64,000 nucleotides of DNA, from contig JALMLS010000491.1 in assembly GCA_038496445.1 (NCBI GenBank), forward strand, positions 1 to 64,000, read 5' to 3'. The notes under the pieces are model-generated. The model saw only the letters and a program-made list of their open reading frames with translations. It searched no databases and was not told the DNA's origin. Source of the DNA: Trichosphaerium sp. ATCC 40318 (lineage: Eukaryota > Protista > Tubulinea). Below, one piece after another: positions 40,508 through 51,715 of the stretch (its first letter is position 1; each line of letters opens with the position of its first letter). The position numbers were made by a program, and so were the translations under genes.

Positions 40508-42247
40508 ATGGCTAAAACGGTCAAGAAACAGACTATTAATGTTTTTATTCATGGTCACGTTGATAACGGAACATCAACCCTCCTGGGCCACTTGTTGTAT
40601 AAATGTGGTATAATAAGGGAACAAACAATACAAAGGATGAGAAAGAGATCAACCAGACCAAGCCAGGAGTATGCTTCCGCATTGCTTTGTTTCAGAACAT
40701 TCGCGAGTCCATTGCGAAACTGTTATTCACTTGCCACCAATAACTGCAACGTACGTCATTACAAAGCCCAATGTTTTGTTCAAAAAATGTGAACCAAGAC
40801 AGAATCGACATTGTGTTTTTTGATTCTATAGAAAGACCCGCCACGTACAAGAGTTGGGTGACGAGACAACATTTTAGTTGCCATATAACTAAGTTTATTT
40901 TTTGTCAAGGTGTCTATTACTGCAGCAGATACATACACCGAACCATTGATTACAACATTGGCTAAATCATGTGATTGCATTTTATTGGTTGTTTCTGCAG
41001 CTCAAGGAATGTTTGAATCATCAATAGCTCGTCATGGTACAATAATACATTTGTTATCATCTGCCAAGATACTCAGTATTCCAAAAATAATTGTTGCTGT
41101 TACGTATATGGATAGTATTAGTACTGGTGTTAAATATGATAAAGGAAGGTACATTGAAGTGGTGTCAGGAATCCAAAAGATAATGAGAAAGTACGTCAAT
41201 AACCCCTTTTTGTTTATCAACTCGCAAGTCAACCTCTCTTGTTTTTAGCATGAACTACAACATTGAAGATGTTTTGTTTATTCCAGTTTCTGGAGCCCTT
41301 GGAGATAATTTGGTGGATATATCAAGTAACATGCCATGGTGGAAGGGATACACATTACTTGAAGCATTTGATACTATTGGCGAGAATCGTGAAGTAACAA
41401 CATCATTAAAAATGCCCATCACTTTCACCTTGACAGTTAAAGATGTAGGATTTGTTGTAGCAGGAACCGTTATGTCAGGGTGCTTGCGAGTAGGAGACAA
41501 CGTTATCATCGCTCCTACTGGATTAAAAACGAAGGTTATGGACATGGAATATGAACATACCAAGCATAAAGAAGCGCATAAAGGTACTCATGTTGCATGT
41601 TTGTTAGAAGGTATATCAAGAAAAGATGTCAAACGTGGATATGTCATTCTTGCATTAATCCCAAATAAGAAACAACAGATTTTAGTTTCTGAGTTTACAG
41701 CACATGTTATTAGCGCATCAAATCATATTTATGAGGGCAACATGTTACGCTTCGGTACAAATCCTTCAAAAAAAAAACAAAAAAAAAATCAAAAATTTAA
41801 GTAAACACATGATACTTATCAGCATTCATTACATTACATTTCTTTTGAAAACTGACATCTTCTCGTCGGTGATTTTTCTACCACTCATAAGTTTTGTGTA
41901 CTCTAGTTTAACAAACTTTTGGTAGGGCACACAAAGTCTGCAAAGAAGAAATGTTCGGTAACTAAAGTTATTGGGTGTTTGAAAGTAGAAACACATGAAG
42001 TGGTTGAACCAAAGCAACCAAAAAAACTATCAAATGATGAAATTGGCATCATACGGATACAGCCATCTTCTCCTATGTACTGTTGTACAAAAAAGGAGTC
42101 AAATTACTTTGGAAGTCTGTTTCTCAGAGTAGAAGGACAGCATCAGGTAATCCACAGTATTTCCTCCGTTTTTTTTAGGCCAATCCTCATAAACTATAAT
42201 AGATTATTGCAGTTGGTTCTATCGTATCTGTTACATATGTTGAATAA
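40508..42247 (+). CDS. Highly divergent eEF1A/eRF3/Hbs1-like protein with degenerate GTP-binding motifs (splicing near 40750-40800 unresolved)
   Basis: GHVDNGTSTLLGHLLYKCG, ILLVVSAAQGMFE, IIVAVTYMDS, FIPVSGALGDNL and domain II/III barrels. Confidence 0.8.
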
Positions 42248-42358
42248 CATCATCTTCATCTGAGCTGACTTTTGAGCTGTATTGCCTTGGCAGCATGACA
42301 CAGGGCTTGAAATCAATTTTATCTTTGTTTTTTGTACCGTCCATAAATAAAGTTAGTT

Positions 42359-42929
42359 CTAGAAAGTAAAGTAGGAAGTACCATTTGTTGAGCCTTGTAG
42401 TTGGAGATTTAGTAGTAGCCTCAGTGGTTGGAGCATCTGTAGTTGAGCTTCAGTGGTTGGAGCGTCTGTAGTTGGTGCCTCTGTCGTTGGTGCCTGTGGT
42501 TGGTGAAGCTGTTGTTGGCGCATCCGTAGTTGGTGCTGCTGTAGTCGGTGCTTCAGTGGTTGGAGCACTTGTAGTAGGCGCATCGGTTGGTGGAGCGCCT
42601 GTGGTAGGGGCTGCAGTTGTAGGTGCATCTGTAGTTGACACATCTACTGTAGTTAGGTGGAGATAGGTAAAAATAATATCGATCAAGTAGGTGCATCTGT
42701 GGTTGAAGCTTCAGTGGTTGGAGCGTTTGTTGTTGGAGCAGCCGTTGTAGGAGCCTCTGTTGTTGGTGCACCTGTTGTAGGAGCAACAGTTGTTTGTGTA
42801 GCAGTAGTTAGAGCCTCTGTAGTCGGCGCTAAAGTTTACAACGAAAAATAGCTCGTATATTGACAATGCGTTGAGTACAGCGATAAATATGAATGAAATA
42901 AAGAATCTATTAACAGCTGTTAGTAACAT
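42359..42929 (-). pseudogene. APTT-repeat mucin-like gene, frameshifted
   Basis: 15-bp (A/E/D/G)APTT repeats that switch frame several times. Confidence 0.65.
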
Positions 42930-43606
42930 CTTTGATATCACGTCACTTACCCGCCAAGGCTCTCGACCATAAGTTCTTGTAGCAAAAGGTGCCAGACAAG
43001 GAAACACAAAAAATGAAGAATAGTATAAAAGACTCCGCAACCACAACTGTTTTCCTTGTGCAAAACAGTCAACTTAAAAAGCACATAAATTTTTTGACAT
43101 GTGCGAGCACGTGATTTTACATGTAAAGGTAAAAAATTCAAAAAAAAACGATTTATGTACACCGATATAGCGTACTTATAAACAGCTAATAAGCTGCCAA
43201 GGAGCAAAACGGTTCTAAAGTGTCTTTAGCAAAACTTTCAGGCTTTCAAATAAGTATTGGTTTATAAGGTTGCTTTGTGCGTACTAATAGTTTTTAGGGA
43301 GGATAGAGCGAATATTATTTCGCTAAGGCATAATACCCAATCTATAATTGATAAATACAATAGTAGACGTGGAAAAGTCTGTCATGTCTCTGTAGAAGAA
43401 TAGAATCAAGAACATCCATGTTGCCAGTATTAAGGCTATAAGACCAACTACCACCGTAGAAAATAGGAAAAACTCGCTGATAGCTACTAAGACTAACACC
43501 ATATATTGATGGGGCAACCTGCAGCTGCAGAAATTTATTTCATAAATTTTTTACGGTGGTCAAACTTAGGTTCACAACTTTTTTGCGGATAGCCCGTGAG
43601 CACAGT

Positions 43607-45902
43607 ATGGGCAACTTCAAATCTAAAAAAAAGCCTTTAAATCAAATACATCGTAAAGAGAAGCAGAAACATGTACTAGTCGTAGGTATGACAGTGGTAA
43701 CTATTTATAGATAGCTACACAATTTTTGTTGACATTCGAAATAACATCAAAACTTAGGACCAAGCATGAGTGGTACTGTTCAGAATCGGAGTTAATGCGA
43801 TTTACTGAAAAAGTGTTTAGGGAAATCCAAGCTTCTGTTGCAGTTTAGACTCTTAAAAGAGGAAAAATTAACTCCTTGGTACCATCGGTATTACAGTAGC
43901 AAGGGTATATATTTTGTACAATGGTTCTTACGAGTTTTATCTGCACAACCTGAATTTTCAACTCTGGACAGCGTAAGATACATCTAAAGCACTAATTAGT
44001 AATATATGACATAAAATAGACGACACAAGATATGGTGAAGTCGTTTGTAGATATGACTGATGACACATGGACACAACAACACATCGACACTTTAAAACAG
44101 TATTCATATTTTTATTTTGTAAGTCAATCTCTTTGTGAACTAACCCTTGGGCTAGGTTGAAAGACAACAAAGAATTCATGAACATGATTTTGTATACTGA
44201 CTTTAAAAGTATTGTTTTATCCTGTAAGAAAAACATGAAAGCGTGAGTGGATTGTTAACCTTATGATACCTTTGTTTTAACTTTTTTTTTTTCTAAGTTT
44301 CATTGATTCAATTTGCTCTCAAACTGCAGATTCTTTCGTTGTGACTTATGAACAAAGGCTTAACTACTATTCACGTTCTTTCAACATTTTTGACTTAGAA
44401 GGTGAAGTTGATGGTACTGAATATAGATTGGGGGATGTTGGAGGTTTGTTTTTGCAAGTCTTTGTGTTTTCGACTTTTTTCTTTTCTGTATGTCAAATCC
44501 TTCTAGGAAGTCGTAGTGAGAGAAGACGGTGGGTACATGTTTTAGGTGGCATAGATTATTTAATCTATTGTATGTCTCTTGATAGGTGAGTGTCATATTG
44601 TGTTTATGTAATTAACCCTTCTCTCAAAAAAGTTACTTGTACGTTTGTGAAGATGATACAAGTAATGCGTTTGAAGAGTCATTGGAATTACTTCAAGATA
44701 TAATACAACGTTCTCATGTCAATGCTCCTATTGTCCTTGTATTGACAAAACTTGACTTGTTTGAGGAAGAGTTACAAAACCATCCGGAAAAGTTTAGAGA
44801 GTTCTTCCCTGATTACAAAGGTACCAACCTGTTTACCCATGTAGCTTATACATATACGATAGGAACAACAATGAATGCATACGATTGCGCTATGCACGTG
44901 TTCAATGTCATTTGTTCAAGACTAGATAACTCAGCATGTTTTCTTGGTGCTACTTTTACATCCTTGATAGAAAATCCTAATGTGATATCATATGTTTTAA
45001 GACAAACCTCAGGGAAAGGAGACGTCAGTAGTGACAGAGAAAAAGAATTTTCGTCATGTATGTATAATACTAAACCTTACATAAACACACTAATCATGCC
45101 ATAGTATCATCCATCCAACCTTTCATGTTTCCAAGAAAAACATCAACACTGTTACTTGATGTTGCAAAATTAAGCCAAGAAATATATGCCAACATGAACG
45201 AAGATAATGCCTTTATTTGTTCCTTACGCAAATACGGATCTTGCAAACATAAAAGCAAACTTCTAAAATCCCTCAAAAAGCTGTACAAATCAAACACTCA
45301 AGACTTTGATATTAATACTGGAACAGATTGTATTAAATGTCACAAGGTTAGTCCCTCATTTTTTTATGCTTCTACTTATGTAATTCAACTAGGCGATATT
45401 GATGTGCCGAGCTACATTCTTTGAAGGAGCTATTCTTTCTAACAATCTTGGGACAAATGGTGACGACAATACAAGCATTAGCTTAGAAGAAGATGTGTTC
45501 ATTATCAAAACTTTTATTCACTTTGCATACTTTGATGACATACCTCCTAATCTTGATTTGGATACTCTATTGAAGCTCTTAAAATTCTCAGATAAGTATT
45601 GTATAGATTCTCTACAATCTGTTGTGATATTCTATGTATTTAATCATAGTACACGTGATAAGATTACTGACAGTGACAAAGATTATTATTACCTTTCAAA
45701 AATGAGCGAATTTCTTGATTATGGATTATTGGGATGCAACTCGTTCATCATAAACAATATAACTTCCTGGTTTCTCTGTCAGAAATCTAAAAAGCTAAAT
45801 ATGTTTCTTGGCAAACACAAGGATACTGTTGCAGTAAAACATCTCTTAGATCACACTGTTCTGGTGCCAGATGATCCTTCAACAAAGAAAATATCCAAAT
45901 AG
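43607..45902 (+). CDS. G-alpha-like domain fused to a C-terminal BTB/POZ domain
   Basis: MGNFKS, VVGPSMSGKS, DVGGSRSERRRW and LVLTKLDLF. An in-frame intron ending at 45104 joins this to BTB motifs IKCHKAILMCRATFF...FIHFAY...LLKFSDKY. Confidence 0.85.
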
Positions 45903-46810
45903 GCACAGACAATAACACCTCCCACAGTAATTAAAATATTCGCAATCCAGTAGTACACCAAAAGCTACGGTGTCTGTACTAAATGTTGTTTTTTTGGAAA
46001 TTTTAGTTATACTGTTGTTCCTAAATACACTTGAGAGGCTGAAAGGGTGCTCTGCTTGGCTCAAGGAGTCGTTGTTTTGTGCTGTAAGCTTCTAACAATC
46101 AAATCCTGTAGCTCAAGTGGCACTATAGTTGTAGGTGCTTTTGTAGTTGGAGCCTCAGTGGGTGCATCTGTATGCTGTAGTTGTCAGTGCTTCAGTGGTA
46201 GGAGCCTCTGTAGGTGCTTAAGTAGTTGGTACTTCAGTTGCAGGTGCCTCGGTTGTTGGAGCCTCAGTTGTTGGCACTACAGTTGGTGCTTCTGTTGTTT
46301 GTGCAGCAGTTGTTGGGATTCTGTTGTCGGAGCTACTGTAGTAGGTACATCGGTTGTTCATGTGCTGCGGTATAGGCAACAGTTGTAGGTGCATCTGTTG
46401 TCGGTGCAGCAATAGTTGGAACCTCTGTAGTTGGTGCTTCAGTGATTGGAGCATCCGTTGTTGGAGCAACAGCTGGCTGAACCCACGGTTGATGAGCTTG
46501 TAGAAGGTGTTTCTGTACCTTCACATTTGCAACCGCTGTTATAGTTAGCATGGGTTTCTTCAAACAGAAAATCACGTGATTGAAATGTAAAGTTGAAGAA
46601 AAAAACTCTAGCCATTACAAGAGCTCGTCTTGCTGCGCACAGATATCAAATCGACTACACCATTTGCTCATACTTCTTCCATTTAACCTGTGTTGGGTGA
46701 AAAAACTATCACAAATACATACAACAGCGCTATTAACACCTGACAGGTACTTTTAAAGCAGGTTGATGCTGTAATTATTGCTGTAAGTATTGTAGCGTGC
46801 ACTCATTGCC
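45879..46810 (-). pseudogene. Second APTT-repeat mucin-like gene, disrupted
   Basis: EAPTT repeats in shifting frames; stops in the upstream exons. Confidence 0.6.
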
Positions 46811-47539
46811 AAAAATGTAATAATTACTCGTTCGCGACCGCCTCTGACTTTGACGGATACCAATACCTCTGTTTTGCACGTCATTTGGAGAAACAATTGC
46901 AATAAAGACACGTGGAAACTCACGTTAGTCGAATTAAGTGAAAATACAATGGCTTCTATCGTAAGCGAACTGGAGCAATTCGTCAGTGTTATTCAGGCAT
47001 CACGAAGTGTTTGAGCTTATTTGAGAGCCAAAAAGAGATTTTACACATACTCTAGTTTGTATCACTCAAAATGCACCGGTAAGAAAACAACAGGAGTGTA
47101 AATATATGATTTATAACAGTTTGAACAGTTTTGGTATAAAATTCGGTAAAAAAAACGTGATCTAAAAAATCGTTTCGCTATCGCTACAAAAACTGATTTC
47201 TATATCGAATTTCTCTGTTCCACGCATGGTCCGTAATGTTTCTCTTTTCAAAACACCTGTTTAAGGTTGTAGAAGCCTGTTCAACCTAACCGCTTACAAA
47301 TGCAGTTTCCTTCCTTCACATCAAATAAAAGCGTTAGTATTACACCAAATACGGTTCGAAAGTAAGGTGGAATTCGAGCGGTATCCATTTTTTGAAGTTG
47401 AGTTTAACCGTTAAATATCCAACTTAAGGGCGTAGGCCAACGTGACACTTTTGAATAAAATAATACAATCTTCTCTGAATTGAACCATTTTTAGTAAGTG
47501 CCACGTAATATGTTACACGGCAACATTTTTTTATTTCTC

Positions 47540-47923
47540 ATGGAACACAACATGATTACATTGAGACTTATACATAACTACATCTTAGCTGTTCATCCTG
47601 ATACTCTTGCTACAATTTTTCAGAAGAGCAATCCCGAGGATTTGGTATATTTCAATGAGCTGCTTGGAGAGTTCCTCAAGGCTGCAAATGCCAAATTAAA
47701 TGGCTATGTAGACCGTAGGATAGAAAGGATGTGCAAGAGAGTTGGTATAGTCCTTGATGATGAAGGTAAACCCATTGACAAAGAAAACCCACAAAATGCC
47801 GGAATTGTAAAGAAAAAACCTTTGTACACTCAAACCAAACTCAATTTTACTCCAAAAAAAAGACAAGTAGAGGTGTGTGTAGATAGTGATTCAGATGACG
47901 ACTTTTCTTTGTTGAAGGATTAA
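47540..47923 (+). CDS. Intronless orphan ORF (127 aa) between 17-bp direct repeats
   Basis: Clean ORF containing KEN, QTKLNF, PKKR and an acidic tail; TGACACTTTTGAATAAA at 47443 and 47964. Confidence 0.55.
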   Translation: MEHNMITLRLIHNYILAVHPDTLATIFQKSNPEDLVYFNELLGEFLKAANAKLNGYVDRRIERMCKRVGIVLDDEGKPIDKENPQNAGIVKKKPLYTQTKLNFTPKKRQVEVCVDSDSDDDFSLLKD

Positions 47924-49447
47924 AGAAAAAAACAAAGAAAAATGTAAGAGAGGGTGTCCAGCATGACACTTTTGAATAAACTTTTTCAGAATTACCTTGT
48001 TTTTATTGATACACTTTTCTGGATAGGGGTAGGCTAGCATTACACTATTGTACTATTAGGCGTCCTCTCAGATTAGACCCAGCGTACAGAATTTGCTACT
48101 TTTTACACAATGCATTCCAGACACACAAAGCATCCTCCATAGCGATTTAGAGCAACACAGGTCGCCTTTGAAAAATTGAAAAAAAAAACTGCTTAAACTG
48201 ATGTGCCAAAACCGAAAAGTGTCTAAAACGCGTTTTACTATCATATAAACACATTTTAGGCTATTTTACATTATTACTAAAGACAAAACCTGTATTTGAA
48301 GTTCATTTTTGATGACTGCACTTAGCACACATACATTAACCGTATATCAGCGTATTAAGCAAATTCAAGCATCTGCAAAAAAGAAAAAATACTAAATTAA
48401 GATTTACTTTCCAAAATAAGAAAAATTCAATCCCTAAACCTTATATTCGAAGCTGATATTGCCAAAAACACCTTAAATATGTGTGCAGACTTTGAATATA
48501 AAGTTTAAGGAAAATCTGAGGATGTACAATTGAGATAAAAAAAACTGCTAAAAAAAGCACATCATAATGCTCGAAGTTCATATTCGAAGCCAACTTTTTA
48601 CACAGAGCTGTGTATACACGTGTTTGTAGTGTGGCAAAAGTTTAAAGTAAATCAAAGCATGTACAATTTAGTAAACACTAATCTGAGATGACGCCCTTAA
48701 GTAAACACTTCTGGAGCGTTAGAGGTATACACACGAGCGTTGTAGCCCTTCCAACAGTGTTTAATAAATTACTCATTTGATAACGAACTAAATGAAACAA
48801 AAGTTGCTTGTCGATAGGTGCTGTTACCTCTACTGCATGTGCATTATCATTTCTTTCACTATACCTCCAATATCTCGCCTCAACGTGGGTTAATTCAATC
48901 CAAAACCACGAACCTCTAAACAGCACGACAAACGCTACAACTTTGTGATATCCCACAATTTATTTCGTGGATAAAGTTGAATGTACAAAAGGATTTCTGG
49001 ATTTCCAAGATAATGGAAAGCAAAAGGAGTGTGTGTTCTCTTGGCGCTTTCTAAATAGAAAATAACGACATGATTTGAAGTTGATGAGAATTCAGTGCCT
49101 CGAGGTATCGTACCTGATTCTCAACACAAACATCAATCTAGGATCATGTTAGACTGAGAGAAACTGGTATGAACTGGTACAGTTCCTTGGTCTCGAGTGT
49201 CCTTTGGCCGGTGTTCCAGTGTACGCCGTTGTCAATGGAGTGGGGCGCTCTGTGGGTTATTAAGGAGAGGATGTCTGCTCGGCCTATCTTTTTGTGAAAA
49301 AAAGGATTACAAGTTTTATTTTGCTATTTATCTAAAAAACACTGTTGGCCTCTTACTGGTCTGTTGATAGTTATTGCTATCCTCAACATTGTACTGAAGG
49401 TTTTTTCCAAGAGTAAGTTTGAGTGATTAAAGGTAAGGACACAAAAA

Positions 49448-50252
49448 CTAGTAACTAGTACTTGAACAACTATGTATTTTCTTTTTCTTGAAAAAAATAT
49501 ACAATTTATTGATACAAAGATTAGTCGGAAAGAAGTGAAGGATCATCAAAAGCCTCAAGTGCAACACCAAGTTTCTTTTTTCTATCCTTTGTAATAACTC
49601 GAACATAAGGTTTAAGTAATTTCGCAAAATCATTCAAGCTCTTCCTGCCAACTGCAAAGCAAGGTGTAGTCCCTAACAACCATTAGATTTATGTTTTGTA
49701 TTTTTAAAGACAGTACCTTTGCCGTCTGGATCACGTGCATAGAGCCTCACTTGATCTTTAGAAGTTTTATTAGTGATTTTGCCCATTGTCCATTGCTTAT
49801 CTCCGCGAAGTACAAGTGGAATACAGTGATTAGGTTGTCCAATAGGACCTGAGTAAGAATAAGGACCACCTTTTCAAAAAGTTTTCAAAGTGTACCTCTG
49901 CTTTCTTCATACAAGACAAGAAGAGCATTCTGAACTCTCTCGTCTTCCTTTTGAACGTAGGCCATAATGAAACAAGGTGTTGGTTTGGCACGACTTGCTG
50001 TTTTGAACATATGGAATGGCCTAACAGAATAAGCACGTGACATAGTTTTCATTGTACAGTACCAATAGCCTATAGGAGATATGATAGTGTCAGCATTATT
50101 TATCTCTTCTTGAAGTGATTTTAAGTCGGATTGAACACCTCCAATGGCAGTTGGTCCGAAGTAGTGTCCTTTAATTTTGATTGTCTAAAAATCACGTGTT
50201 AAGTTTACTGTTAGACAAAATAATCAGCGCATACGTTTTCAGAGTCTGACAT
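49448..50252 (-). pseudogene. Multi-exon gene of unknown function, probably disrupted
   Basis: Spliceable exons MSDSEN/TIKIKGHYFGPTAIGG...; an internal stop near 49635. Confidence 0.35.
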
Positions 50253-50839
50253 TTAGTTGATTTAGTAGTGGTAGTTGTTGTTGTTGGTTGTTATTGAGAA
50301 TGGTTTTAAGTAGACGTAAAGATATGACTTAACTCCTTTCACTTAAATCTCGAAGCGCTCTTGATACCACGTTCTTATCTCGGGCTATTCCAGTACTATA
50401 TTTAAATATGGGCCATATAACTGCCATAGCATGGACATAACACGTCAAGCAACAGCGTGTAAGTTAGGGTTTAAAAAAAAATATAAAACAGGACCGTGCA
50501 CCACTCCATTCACTGTATATGCTTATGGTCATATTGCGACACCTTTACCAAGTTACACGTGATGCTATCAAGGGCCTAGTGTCGATAAATAAACAATTAA
50601 AGCGATGACGTGTACTTTGCTTTCTCATGTATCTACGAAAGGCGCTTGGCATGTCAGTTGGCTACCAACCCTTTTTTGCTGTTAAAACGTAGCTTTGTGA
50701 CTTGACCTTTACATTACTACTATTCATTCGAAAGATCTTTTCTATTGGTGACGCCTCATGACACGTGTTTTGAATATTGCGTTGATCTTGCGCAATATGC
50801 ATATTGGCCACTGTCGCAAAGGAAGATTTTGGCCATCAA

Positions 50840-51640
50840 GTATGGCGCTTTGAGCCAAAATGGAAGCGGACAGTTCCAAATTTCTGTTGGATATTGCTGA
50901 AAAGTTGAGCTTGGATGTATAGTTGACACCCGAACAATTATTAATGGGAAAAATTGGTATTAAGCGCTTTGAGTATGTTGAGGATGTTCAATGTAATATC
51001 AACTTTACTCATTGTCTCCTGTCTTTTACTAAGTTTTAGGTTCTACCTTGTGGTCAAAGGATACACTTAACTTGTGGTCTCATAGAGTGGTATTACCTTT
51101 CATTAGCCCAAATGGCAAGTTCATCTTCTTTAACTACAAAAACAACAACTGTGGTGTTTGATAATAACACTGGCAAAAAAGTTGGTGTATTGAATCACCC
51201 TGTAAGACAAGTCATTGGTCAGGGTGATTACTTAATCATTATCAATAGAGATTGCATGTACAAGTACCTGGAAGATAACAACACATTTAATCTATTGTGG
51301 AAGACAAAATTCAAGAAATCGGAAATAGATACAGTTTCTGCTTATCATTTTTCCAAATCAATTCATCCTCCTGATTAATGACAATAAAACCGGTTAGATG
51401 TCCAAAATAAGTGTCACTCTTGTTGATGATATGGGTAATCAGGTTTGGCAGAAGTTTGTAGATATTGAAGGACTTGCATTGAAGTGCTATCCCGATGTTC
51501 ATTATGAGATAAGAGGAAAGCAAGGCATTATTTTAAAAGCATTTGAATATGAGAATGCTTTAATGGAATGTATCGGATGGGATGGCTCAACAAAATGGAG
51601 ATAGAGCGATTCATACCTATACCAGCTTGAAAGATGTAAA
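50840..51640 (+). pseudogene. Disrupted gene, possibly beta-propeller-like
   Basis: Protein-like frames (VFDNNTGKKV, LLWKTK, QVWQKFV, GWDGSTKWR) broken by stops and frameshifts. Confidence 0.35.
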
Positions 51641-51715
51641 GTTTTTTTTCTTATATTATTTACAGTGTACACCATAGTACTACAATCATTGTTATTATCG
51701 ATTCAAAGGTTATTT

